This document shows, in pieces, positions 1-9,304 of a stretch of DNA of 32,000 bases (its first letter is position 1; each line of letters begins with the position of its first letter). The stretch lies in contig NZ_JH992901.1 of the NCBI RefSeq assembly GCF_000315565.1, positions 5,362,499 to 5,394,498 on the forward strand. The letters run 5' to 3'. The position numbers and the translations under genes were made by a program. The DNA is from Mastigocladopsis repens PCC 10914. Lineage in GTDB: Bacteria > Cyanobacteriota > Cyanobacteriia > Cyanobacteriales > Nostocaceae. Below the pieces are notes generated by a model. It searched no databases. It was not told the origin of the DNA and saw nothing but the letters and a program-made list of their open reading frames with translations.

Positions 1-159
1 GGGAGTGATTGAACGACCTAGTTCAGTGTAGGCAAACCAGAGTAATGCCAGTTTATCGTCAACGCTAAGTTGATCGAACAGTGCTATGGTGGCTGGAATT
101 GGGCTAGGAACTTGAGTGCCAGAGAAAATCTTTTGCGCCGACTCGATAGAAAAGGACAT
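1..159 (-). CDS. Orange carotenoid protein (OCP) family, first 53 codons only; the gene runs off the left edge
   Basis: Not in the ORF track because it is partial. Minus-strand ATG at 159..157 is preceded by GGAG. The translation MSFSIESAQKIFSGTQVPSPIPATIALFDQLSVDDKLALLWFAYTELGRSITP matches the OCP N-terminal extension and first helix as I remember them (MPFTIDSARGIF...PATIARFSQL..DQLALIWFAYLEMGK). Confidence 0.7.
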   Translation of the reverse strand, partial: MSFSIESAQKIFSGTQVPSPIPATIALFDQLSVDDKLALLWFAYTELGRSITP

Positions 160-847
160 CGTCAGAATCTCCTGGTTTGTTTATTAACTTGTTGCTTTCA
201 AAATCAGAGCGTAGGAGGTTCAAGTACTAAACAGGCAGGCTCCCCCATCAAGCCGTGTCTAGTCAGAACCCTAGGGAGCGCCAAGAGCAAGACAAAACCA
301 ATTATGGTACTTTGCGTGCACATTGAGTTTTTCTGCAAGCGCAGTGAAGCCAACCCGGGAGCTACGCGTGCAAGTACATCTGGGTCATAGCGGTGGCGCT
401 CACCTTAGTCATGAATGACGTGGCTTCGTGCTCATGGAAACCCTTGACCTGTGGTTTCATCCGCTTCGTAAACTAATGTAACAGTTAGTTTAACTTTTGT
501 AAAGTTTATTTAAAATAGCAGTAAGACTACTGGCAACCCAGTGATAACCCAAAATCCCGATTCACCTGATTTGTGCAGACTTTCGGCAAATCAGGCTCTA
601 TAACTTATCAGGATTGCTGAACATCGCGTATTGCGGTACGGAGCAATGACCTCAGCATTAACTCAATGTATCTTGCTGTCAAGATATTCAAATTGATACC
701 TACGGCGTACATTTCAGCCCTGATTGCAACCTACTTTCTACCTTGTGATAGATGACAGATTTGAATGAATTAGGGGCAGTGATAGCAATCCGCTTCGGAT
801 AATCTCCCTAGCGATAACCTTTGTAGAGACGGGACGCCAGTCGCCTT

Positions 848-2290
848 CTAAAGCGATGGCTTTTCGCTCAAAGATAAATATTGCTCCTCATTAATTCGTT
901 GAGCTTGATAGAGTGTTTCTGTAATTTCCGACATTGTTAAAACGGCATGACCTCGATAACCATTTTCTTGTAATCGGTCTTTCACCCCTTGTCCATGGTC
1001 GATAAACACCACGATGTCATTGACATTTAATCCCACAGATTTTACCTTTTCTGCTCCTTCCATTACACTTTTTCCGCTGATGAGAATATCATCAACAACA
1101 ACAACCGTCTCGCCTGGATAAAACTCCCCTTCAATTAACCTTCGAGTTCCATGTGCTTTGACTTCTTTGCGAGGGAAAATCATTGGACAATTGAGACGTA
1201 AGGCTAAACCAGTTGCTGTTGGTAAAGAACCGTAGGGAATACCTGCGACTCTATCAAATTTCAAGCTTTTCAATATCTCCTCATAGGCATTGAGAACTTG
1301 ATTAAAAACTTGCGGATTGGAAATGATTTTTCGTAAATCAACATAATAAGAAAATGTGGCACCAGATGCTTGCACATAATCACCAAATATAATGCAACCG
1401 ATATCATAAAGTTGCAAAATCAAGTCTTGTTGGGGGTGTTGTTCCAATAAACAAACATCAGGGAACCATACAGAACAACTAGAAGCATCATTGGTAATTT
1501 CAGTTTTTGCTTGATTAATTTCTAATTGCAAAGACTGGACTTGTTCAGATAAATTTTCCTCTGTCAACATATCTTGAGGAACAGGAATGAGTAGACCATC
1601 ACCGTTAGCATCAAGACCAGCTGCTAAAATTTTAGAAAGGTTGTTACCTTCTGCCCAGATACTACGAGTCATGATAATTCGTTCGGGGGCAACTGCGCGA
1701 ATACGTGCCAAAATATCAGGATTCGTAGTTCCCACTTCTAAACCCAGTTGTTCTGGAGTTCCCCAACTTTTTGATTCCTTAACCACTTGCAAATAAAGAG
1801 GTGACTCAGTTGAAGGATATTGCTGTAAAGGAGCAGCAGTAGGATTAGAAGTACAGCACAAAATAAAAACAGCCTTATCTGGGAAAACCAAAAAAGGGGC
1901 TACATGATCTTGTCCTATATAAGGACTCAATGTTATTGCATCTACACCCCATTGGGCAAACACAGTTCGGGCAAAGATAGTACTTGTGTTTAAATCACCG
2001 TGTTTGGCGTCTAAAATAATCGGAATCTGGGTGGGGATAGCTGCTAGAGTTCGATGCAGCAATTCTAAACCTGGAGCACCCAAAGCTTCATAAAATCCTA
2101 GTGTAGGCTTATAGACACAGACTTTATCGACTGTTTCAGAAATAATGAATTGTAACCAATCCCACAACCCAGAAATGATATCTTGAGATTTGTAGCGGGT
2201 GGGCATCATTTCTGGGTTGGGGTCTAGCCCTACAAATAGTAAACTCTGATTTTGTGAAATTGACTGATTTAATTTATCAAAAAAGTTCAT
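848..2290 (-). CDS. pyrF-pyrE: Bifunctional orotidine-5'-phosphate decarboxylase / orotate phosphoribosyltransferase
   Basis: 480-aa ORF. The N-terminal half is OMP-decarboxylase-like (LLFVGLDPNPEMMP, ILDAKHGDLNTS). The C-terminal half carries the PRTase PRPP loop (VVVVDDILISGKS). This fusion is common in cyanobacteria. Confidence 0.85.
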   Translation of the reverse strand: MNFFDKLNQSISQNQSLLFVGLDPNPEMMPTRYKSQDIISGLWDWLQFIISETVDKVCVYKPTLGFYEALGAPGLELLHRTLAAIPTQIPIILDAKHGDLNTSTIFARTVFAQWGVDAITLSPYIGQDHVAPFLVFPDKAVFILCCTSNPTAAPLQQYPSTESPLYLQVVKESKSWGTPEQLGLEVGTTNPDILARIRAVAPERIIMTRSIWAEGNNLSKILAAGLDANGDGLLIPVPQDMLTEENLSEQVQSLQLEINQAKTEITNDASSCSVWFPDVCLLEQHPQQDLILQLYDIGCIIFGDYVQASGATFSYYVDLRKIISNPQVFNQVLNAYEEILKSLKFDRVAGIPYGSLPTATGLALRLNCPMIFPRKEVKAHGTRRLIEGEFYPGETVVVVDDILISGKSVMEGAEKVKSVGLNVNDIVVFIDHGQGVKDRLQENGYRGHAVLTMSEITETLYQAQRINEEQYLSLSEKPSL

Positions 2291-2320
2291 ACTTGCTTTT
2301 TTTTAAACGATAAAAAATTT

Positions 2321-3055
2321 TCAAAGCCCTGCAAACCATTCGTAACCTTGGTCTTCCCAATAGCCCTTAAAACGAGACAACTGACTCACAAGTGTAATTT
2401 GAATGACCCACTTACTTTGCTTATATCCAAGTTTAATAGGAGAAGCTAAACGCAAAGGCGCACCATTTTCAACTGGCAAAAATTCACCGTTTTTTTGATA
2501 AGCTAACAAAGTTTGGGGATGCAAAGCTGAAGCAATATCCCAGCTTGAATAGTAGCCATCGGCTGATTTGAAGTAAACATACTGAACATTTGCCTTAGGC
2601 TGGGCAAGAGCAACAATTTCTCGCAGACGAATACCTCCCCATTGTACAATTGCCGCCCAACCCTCTACACAAACATGGCGAATAATCATGGAAGTTAGGG
2701 GCAAAAATTGAATTTCTGCTAAATTCAAGCTAAGAGGATTATTTACTTCACCATCAACAATTAAACGATATTTTGCCTGGTCAATAGTTGGAGTAGACCT
2801 GAAGCTATTAATTAACAAAGATTCTGCTTGAATCTCACGAGGAGAAAATTCTGGGACTGGCTTTTGTGAGTTAAAGAGGAAAGCTTCAACCTTCTGATTA
2901 AGTGGTTCAGAAACTTTGCCCACAACATCTTCAAATAGTGGTGTGCCACATCCACCCAGAAGAAAACCCATGCTAGAGAGTCCAGAAATTTTTAGAAATT
3001 CACGGCGTGATAATTCAGGACGATTTACAGAAATTAATTTCATAGAATTAGTCAT
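2321..3055 (-). CDS. Molybdopterin-dependent oxidoreductase of the sulfite-oxidase / YedY-MsrP-like family, Tat-exported
   Basis: 244-aa ORF with a twin-arginine signal (SRREFLKISGLSS, followed by LLGGCG, a possible lipobox). The Mo-ligand cysteine context is RHVCVEGWA. It lies downstream of a cytochrome b partner. Confidence 0.75.
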   Translation of the reverse strand: MTNSMKLISVNRPELSRREFLKISGLSSMGFLLGGCGTPLFEDVVGKVSEPLNQKVEAFLFNSQKPVPEFSPREIQAESLLINSFRSTPTIDQAKYRLIVDGEVNNPLSLNLAEIQFLPLTSMIIRHVCVEGWAAIVQWGGIRLREIVALAQPKANVQYVYFKSADGYYSSWDIASALHPQTLLAYQKNGEFLPVENGAPLRLASPIKLGYKQSKWVIQITLVSQLSRFKGYWEDQGYEWFAGL

Positions 3056-3112
3056 TATTTATTCGTCATTAGTTTTCTTCCCCCACTCCCCCACTCTTCT
3101 TCTACGGTTAGT

Positions 3113-3697
3113 TTACCAAAACATTGATTCAGTTAACTCCTCACCTCCAGCCTTACGCCCTAACAAAAAGTGAGCCATGACAAATAAAATAAGTATTGGT
3201 ACTGAAGAAAAGTGAACAATTCGCAGTGCTTGCCAACTGCCAAACATATCTACAATCCAAGGAAATTGAGCGGGTTTGTACATACCTATACCTGTTAATA
3301 AAGCTAGCAGCAAAATAGGAATAATGGCTGTATATAAAATGCGATGCCAAGCATAAATTAGGCGTTTGGAATTTTTACTTTTTTGCAATGCTTTGAGGTC
3401 ATTAACACCCACAAACCGATGTCGCCAGCGCCGACTGATGAAAATATAAATTCCATACCACATAAGATTAAGCGAAAATAGCCACATAGCCGCAAAGTGC
3501 CAGTGTCTACCTCCGGCGAGCCAACCACCTAAAGTAAATATAGGGGGAATGTGCCAACCTGCTCGTCCACCAAAAACGGGATTGGCGTTGTAAATTTGCA
3601 GTCCACTGGTCAGCATAATAAACAAACTAATAATGTTAATCCAGTGGAAAATTTTTGCTCCTATTGCTTGAGTTGGCAACTTACGAGTTGTATGCAT
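3113..3697 (-). CDS. Membrane cytochrome b (b561 / PhsC / YedZ-like) partner of the Mo-oxidoreductase
   Basis: 194-aa ORF with four predicted transmembrane helices and conserved His (IFHWINI, RHWHFAAMW, RIVHFS). It sits 57 nt upstream of the Mo enzyme on the same strand. Confidence 0.7.
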   Translation of the reverse strand: MHTTRKLPTQAIGAKIFHWINIISLFIMLTSGLQIYNANPVFGGRAGWHIPPIFTLGGWLAGGRHWHFAAMWLFSLNLMWYGIYIFISRRWRHRFVGVNDLKALQKSKNSKRLIYAWHRILYTAIIPILLLALLTGIGMYKPAQFPWIVDMFGSWQALRIVHFSSVPILILFVMAHFLLGRKAGGEELTESMFW

Positions 3698-4332
3698 AAA
3701 AGTCGAAGTTCTAGATAAGCGCGTTCACATCTAGCTTACATATATGGGTTGAGTAGGAGCGCAAGGAGCGATGAAAGCTGTAACTCCCATTGATTGGTGG
3801 CCAATTCTTCGATATACATAACTGCTGTACGATGAGGAAGATATCCTATAGCTCCTCAGCCGTCTAAGCCCCTGACGACAGTATAAACATGGAAAGTGTC
3901 TAATTTGTTAATATTTTTTTAACCCTTGTATCATTAGGTGAGAGATCACTCAGATTTATCACTCATTTGAATTGCAGCCAGAGAACACGTACACCGAGGG
4001 ATGTAACCACTCTTTTGGTCGTCAACGCATTCATAAAGAAAAAATTGGCTACATTTCGTTCATCTACTGTCTAAAAATTTTGAAAAATTAGTATGTAACG
4101 TTACGATATTCTAAACTAGAGTACTTTTTTTAAAAAAAGCTATTACCTAATATGGTATCTATTTTCATAATTTAGAAGAATTGTCAATAGTACTTTGTAG
4201 CTTTTTTTTGAAAAGACTAACTGTCATCTTTAGTCAGGGGGCTACATTAGGGTTATCTTCATTACTTAAACTTTATTTAACAAAGAAAAATTATTTAGGG
4301 AATTCTTACACCGAAGTCGGACCCAATGACTG

Positions 4333-6306
4333 ATGACTATAGATGAAGTTGTACTGCTACTAAAAGCAATCCTTCCAAACGCTTTAACCCCACTCCAAGA
4401 AATAGTGCTGCGCTCTTCATGGGATGGCAAGACTTATATCAGTATAGCGTATGAAGCCCACTACGGAGAAGAGAGAGTCAGAAAAGTAGCATCTCATTTA
4501 TGGCAATTGCTGAGTGAAGTTTGGCAAGAACCTATTAATAAATCTAACTTTCGTCAAACTTTAGAATCTCGCTGCCTAAATAGAGCGCAACAGCAGTTAA
4601 TTCAGGAATTCAACCGTACAGCCATCGCCATATCCCTAGAATTTCCTAGTGGTCCGGTATCCCTTAATTCTAGATTTTATATCCCTCGTCCACCAATTGA
4701 GGAACTTGCTTACGCAGAAATAGCAGAACCTGGGAGTGTCATCTGCATTAAAGCTCCCAAAAAGATGGGTAAGAGTTCCCTCATTTTACGAATTCTTGTT
4801 CACGCAGCAAATCTTGAATACAGCACTGTCAGTTTGGACTTTCAGGAAGCAGATAAAGCAGTCTTTGCCAATATCGATAAATTTTTGCGCTGGTTCTGCG
4901 CCAATGTCACTCGGAAGTTAAGGCTAGAAGTAAAACTTAGTGATTATTGGGATGAGGAAATTGGCAGTAAAGTCAGCTGCTCTTTGTATTTCCAAGAGTA
5001 TATACTATCTACTCTCGAAAATCCCCTTGTCCTGGTCTTAAACGGGGTAGATTGGGTCTTTGAGTATCCAGAAATTGCCAACGAGTTTCTACCACTGCTA
5101 CGCTTTTGGTACGAGCAAGCCAAAGGGGTAGAGATTTGGCAAAAACTTCGTTTTGTCCTCGCTTATTCAGCGGAAATTTTTGTTCTCCCGAGATTGACTC
5201 AATCACCTTTGAATATCGGGTTACCACTAAAGTTACCGCCGTTTACAAAAGAGCAGGTGCAAGATTTAGCACAACGTCATGGACTAGATTGGACAAATGG
5301 TTCCGAAGTTGAAAAATTGATGGCAATGGTAGGGGGACATCCTTACTTAGTTCGACTGGCTTTGTATCACCTCATGGGTCAGGGGGGGTTACAACGGGAT
5401 CTGGAGCAGTTGTTGCAACAAGCACCAACAAAAGCAGGGATTTACAATGAGTATTTAAGGCAGTATATGCTAGCACTGCGAGAGCAGCCAGAATTGGAAG
5501 CTGCTTTTGGTGAGGTGATTTCTGCTACAAATCCTCTGAAATTAGAGCCAGTGGTTGCATATAAATTACAGAGTATGGGATTAGTTAACTTGCAAGGTGA
5601 TTACTGTTATCCCACATATGAATTATATCGTCTCTACTTTAGAGAGCAGCTTAAAGTAACAGAGGATTGGAACAATTCTGTTGTGAATCAGTTGGAAAAA
5701 GAGAACCAGCAATTACAAGTTCTCTCTGCTGTGGATGAACTGACTCAACTCATCAGTCGCCGCACCTTTCACACCTACTTGCAAATAAAGTGGAAAAAAG
5801 CCGCTCGCGAATGCACTCCCCTGTCACTGATTTTGTGCGAAATTGACTTTTTTAAAATTTATAAAAAGAACTACGGAAATACAGCAGGAGATGATTGTTT
5901 ACGACAAATTGCTAATGTTGTTTATAATTGCGTGAAGCGTCTGAGCAGCTTCTCACAACCTAGCACTGTTAAGAGTACTTCATATGCCAGTTATGAACGT
6001 AGTTCTGTATTAGTAGCTCGTTATGATGGTGAAGAATTTGCCATTCTCGCTCAAACAGATGCTATGACTGCTATATCTATCGCTGAAAAAATCCGCGAGC
6101 AAGTCAAAGCTTTGAAGATTGCTTACGAATATCCTGGCGTCGGTGGTCTTCCAGCTAATGTTTTAACTGTGAGTTTGGGTGTTGCTAGCATGATTCCAGA
6201 GTCGGAAACTGACCCTGGCGCTCTTATAAATGCTGCTGAAAAAGCTCTTACTCAAGCAAAACAAAAAGAACGCGATGGCGCAGAGCGCCCACCCCTTGAG
6301 GGGTGA
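4333..6306 (+). CDS. Multidomain signalling protein: N-terminal HTH-like module, AAA-like (STAND-type, AAA_35-like) ATPase, coiled coil and a divergent GGDEF domain
   Basis: 657-aa ORF. Walker A is APKKMGKSSL. Family hallmarks are FLRWFCANV, MVGGHPYLVRLALYHL and PPFTKEQVQDLAQRHGL. The C-terminal GGDEF fold reads LTQLISRRTF ... CEIDFFKIYKKNYGNTAGDDCL ... ARYDGEEFAIL ... VSLGVAS. Confidence 0.8.
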   Translation: MTIDEVVLLLKAILPNALTPLQEIVLRSSWDGKTYISIAYEAHYGEERVRKVASHLWQLLSEVWQEPINKSNFRQTLESRCLNRAQQQLIQEFNRTAIAISLEFPSGPVSLNSRFYIPRPPIEELAYAEIAEPGSVICIKAPKKMGKSSLILRILVHAANLEYSTVSLDFQEADKAVFANIDKFLRWFCANVTRKLRLEVKLSDYWDEEIGSKVSCSLYFQEYILSTLENPLVLVLNGVDWVFEYPEIANEFLPLLRFWYEQAKGVEIWQKLRFVLAYSAEIFVLPRLTQSPLNIGLPLKLPPFTKEQVQDLAQRHGLDWTNGSEVEKLMAMVGGHPYLVRLALYHLMGQGGLQRDLEQLLQQAPTKAGIYNEYLRQYMLALREQPELEAAFGEVISATNPLKLEPVVAYKLQSMGLVNLQGDYCYPTYELYRLYFREQLKVTEDWNNSVVNQLEKENQQLQVLSAVDELTQLISRRTFHTYLQIKWKKAARECTPLSLILCEIDFFKIYKKNYGNTAGDDCLRQIANVVYNCVKRLSSFSQPSTVKSTSYASYERSSVLVARYDGEEFAILAQTDAMTAISIAEKIREQVKALKIAYEYPGVGGLPANVLTVSLGVASMIPESETDPGALINAAEKALTQAKQKERDGAERPPLEG

Positions 6307-6310
6307 ACGC
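6271..6310. repeat. GC-rich double-hairpin element forming the 3' end and stop codon of the GGDEF gene (small dispersed repeat-like)
   Basis: The sequence cgcgatggcgcagagcgcccaccccttgaggggtga contains two hairpins: ggcgc-aga-gcgcc (6277..6289) and cacccc-ttga-ggggtg (6290..6305). It shares the decamer gcgatggcgc with the minus-strand reading of the GC-rich insert in cas5. Confidence 0.5.
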
Positions 6311-6401
6311 TTTGTTATTAATTGTTATTAAATATGGAGACGAGCAAGCGAATTGTGAGTAGAAAATACCCATAACTTCAGTGAGGAGAATTCACTGCTC
6401 A

Positions 6402-9275
6402 TTACTTACTGCTGCTCAATTTGTCTCGTAGTTCTGCCCAGTGGACGCCTGCAAGACTAGGTAAAACAACGTGAGCCGCTCCCACTCGTTCAGTAGGACC
6501 AAGTCCTACAGCCCACATTCCAGCCGCGAGAGCAGCTTCAATGCCTGCTGCTGCATCTTCTACAACGATACATTGCTCAGGTTCGAGTCCTAGCTGGTCG
6601 GCAGCATAGAGAAACAGATCTGGTGCTGGCTTTGGACGCTGCACACTGTAACCGTCTGCAATTATATCAATGCGATCGCTAATACCCAGTTTCTCTATCA
6701 CCGTTCGAGCATTTTTACTTGCAGAGCCAAGAGCTATCTTAATACCAGCTTGCCTCAACTCATCCAACAACACAATTGTCCCCGGCAATAAATCCGCTGG
6801 TGTCATTGTCTGGATATATTCCACATAGTAGCGGTTCTTGCGGTCCATCATCTCTTGGAATTGTGCTTCTGAGTATTTTTTGCTACCAACTATCTTGAGC
6901 AGCGACTCCCGGCGAGACACACCCCGCAGAGCTTCGTTTGCTTGACGAGTAAAGGGCAGTCCCTCTTCATCTGCCAGCTTTTGCCAGCCTAAGTAGTGGT
7001 ATTCTGCTGTATCTGTGAGAACACCATCCAAATCGAAGATAACTCCCCGGATATTGAGAGGCGCCAGGTGATCTTGCCCTGGACGCAGGTCAAACTCGTG
7101 CCACTCGCCACGCCAGTGAAGTTTAAACTGCAAACGTTTCCACCCCGGAGGCAGTTGTGGCGTTGCTGTTGGTCTATCTTCTGCAAGTTGGACACCACCA
7201 AAACCTAGAATTACTGCTTGCCAAACACCACCAGCACTAGCCCCATGAATCCCATCCTCAGCGTTGCCACGAACATCTTCTATATCTACCAATGCGGCTT
7301 GCATAAACCGTTCGTAAGCCTCTGTTGATTTGCCCAAATCTGAGGCTAAGATGGCGTGAATCGCAGGTCCAAGAGATGAGCCATAAGTAATGTCCGTACG
7401 AGGTGCATAGTAGTCCCAGTTTTTCTGCAGCATTTCTTGGGTGTAGGGAAATTCCTGTGATTGCCGCATTAAATAGAGAAGCATCAACACATCTGGCTGT
7501 TTAAGCACCTGCCGCTTGTTCCCTGCTTCAATACCTATAATGGCTTGAATTGAGCGCGTACGTGGTTCATAGTCAGCCAAGTTGATATCTTCTAATTGGA
7601 AAAATCCCTCGGACTGCTCAATAAGTCCTGTCGATGGGTCGTAGGGAATCCATATATTATTGATGATGTCTTGCCAACGAGAAATCCGTCCTGAGGTGAG
7701 TTGCAGTTGCCGCTCTAGTGTACTAGCTCGGTCGGGGTAAATGTTACGCAGCCAGTCATAGACTAAGAGCGCTTTCTGTAAGTGCCATTGCACCAGGCGG
7801 TTCGTGAAGGCGTTGTTGTCTGCAAACTCGTGGTACTCATCTGCTCCAATCACACCGCGAATTTCATACCGTTCGTCCTTGGTGTCATACTCAACACGAC
7901 TCCCCCAGAAGACAGCGGTATCTAGAATAATTTCCGCGCCGCAGTCCCGCATCCACTCGTCGTCGCCACTTGCTTGCCAATAGTACCAGACGGCGTAAGT
8001 GATATCAGCACTAATGTGGATTTCGCGATCGCGACACCAAATCCGGATGTCTTCTCCGTAAAAATCATTAGGAGGCAACCAACGCGGTGTTACTTCATCA
8101 CCCGTATCCGCGCTTTCCCAAGCATACATTGCCCCCTTATACCCGTAATGTAATGCCTTGCGTCTCGCACCATTTAACGTATGGTAGCGGTAACTGAGCA
8201 AGTTGCGAGCAAGTTTTGGTTGAGTGTAAATGAAAAAGGGCAGGATAAAAATTTCGGTATCCCAAAATATATGACCGCGATAGCCAAAACCTGAAAGCGT
8301 TTTCGCTGGGATACTCACTTTATCATCATACTGTGGGGCGCTGATGAGCAATTGAAAGATACTGTAACGGACGGCAAGTTGTGCCTTCGTATCTCCCTCA
8401 ATTATAATGTCGCTTTTGTGCCACGCTTCATCCCATGCTTGTTCATGGGCATCTATGAGCGCCGAATAAGCAGGCAGTTGAACAAGTTTATCACAAGCTG
8501 CTTGCAAAGCATTCTCCACCTCTCGCGATGTAAAAACTGTCACCAGCTTATCCACCGTTATGGTCTGTCCTGAAGAAGCTTGGAATGTGCTGGTCAAAGT
8601 CGGATAGCCTGGTGGACTGGTGACTTGTATCGCGGCGTCAGTTCCCGATACTGTCATTCCAGCAGCCATGCCCAAACTAATGCGGGTGTTGCGAGTCCGC
8701 AGGTGTAGCCAAGTTCCTTGGTCGGTCTTGCCCTGGTCTATCCATTCCCAGTGGTTGAAACCTTGATTTTCGGGATAGCCGTTGATGCTACCCTGAACTT
8801 CAATCAAAACGTCACAATCTACAGGCGTTAACTGACAGCGCAACCCCAACACATGCTCATCCGCTCGACTCGCGAAACGTTCAAAGTAGAGGTCTATGGT
8901 CTTACCGCCTGGACTGCGCCAGCGTATCTTACGGCTCACAATACCACGACGGAGGTCAAGCTGCCGCTCATAGCTCAATATCTCGCCGCGTTCGGTGCGG
9001 AAGCGATCGCCATCGACACTCACAACCAATGGCAACCAGTCAGGACAGTTGGCAAGTTCTGTGTAGACAAGAGGAACATTATCATAGACCCCGTGAATGA
9101 AGGTCGCTGGCAATGCATGAGTAAAACCTTCCTCAAAACTACCCCGCGTTCCCAGATAACCGTTGCCAATTGTGAAAACAGTTTCTCTGTGGTGAGTCTT
9201 GTTGGGGTTTAGCTGAGTTTCGATGAGTGTCCAATCTGTATAAATAAAGTGGTGGGAATAATCTGTTTTATCCAT
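6402..9275 (-). CDS. Glycoside hydrolase family 65 disaccharide phosphorylase fused to a C-terminal beta-phosphoglucomutase (HAD)
   Basis: 957-aa ORF. The GH65 core carries the catalytic-acid region VIGADEYHEFADNNAFTN. The C-terminal roughly 215 aa has beta-PGM motifs: FDLDGVLTDTAEYH, LGSASKNA and VEDAAAGIEAALAAGM. Confidence 0.85.
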   Translation of the reverse strand: MDKTDYSHHFIYTDWTLIETQLNPNKTHHRETVFTIGNGYLGTRGSFEEGFTHALPATFIHGVYDNVPLVYTELANCPDWLPLVVSVDGDRFRTERGEILSYERQLDLRRGIVSRKIRWRSPGGKTIDLYFERFASRADEHVLGLRCQLTPVDCDVLIEVQGSINGYPENQGFNHWEWIDQGKTDQGTWLHLRTRNTRISLGMAAGMTVSGTDAAIQVTSPPGYPTLTSTFQASSGQTITVDKLVTVFTSREVENALQAACDKLVQLPAYSALIDAHEQAWDEAWHKSDIIIEGDTKAQLAVRYSIFQLLISAPQYDDKVSIPAKTLSGFGYRGHIFWDTEIFILPFFIYTQPKLARNLLSYRYHTLNGARRKALHYGYKGAMYAWESADTGDEVTPRWLPPNDFYGEDIRIWCRDREIHISADITYAVWYYWQASGDDEWMRDCGAEIILDTAVFWGSRVEYDTKDERYEIRGVIGADEYHEFADNNAFTNRLVQWHLQKALLVYDWLRNIYPDRASTLERQLQLTSGRISRWQDIINNIWIPYDPSTGLIEQSEGFFQLEDINLADYEPRTRSIQAIIGIEAGNKRQVLKQPDVLMLLYLMRQSQEFPYTQEMLQKNWDYYAPRTDITYGSSLGPAIHAILASDLGKSTEAYERFMQAALVDIEDVRGNAEDGIHGASAGGVWQAVILGFGGVQLAEDRPTATPQLPPGWKRLQFKLHWRGEWHEFDLRPGQDHLAPLNIRGVIFDLDGVLTDTAEYHYLGWQKLADEEGLPFTRQANEALRGVSRRESLLKIVGSKKYSEAQFQEMMDRKNRYYVEYIQTMTPADLLPGTIVLLDELRQAGIKIALGSASKNARTVIEKLGISDRIDIIADGYSVQRPKPAPDLFLYAADQLGLEPEQCIVVEDAAAGIEAALAAGMWAVGLGPTERVGAAHVVLPSLAGVHWAELRDKLSSSK

Positions 9276-9304
9276 AACAAACCAGGGTTTTTGAGATGAA
9301 ACCG

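Noticed and set aside
70-390. 106-aa ORF on the plus strand
   Set aside because: Its 5' part is antisense to the well-supported OCP N-terminus. The rest has no protein-like features and no RBS.
230-470. A patch that is GC-richer and looks structured, in the otherwise AT-rich region upstream of the OCP gene
   Set aside because: I looked for RNase P, tmRNA, SRP, 6S and common riboswitch signatures and recognised none. A 32-codon minus-strand ORF (MKPQVKGFHEHE..) has no support. I leave it unexplained rather than calling it a feature.
3698-3900. Possible molybdenum-cofactor riboswitch upstream of the cytochrome b / Mo-oxidoreductase operon
   Set aside because: I found only a generic imperfect hairpin and could not match the conserved Moco-motif elements from memory. 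A covariance-model scan would be needed.
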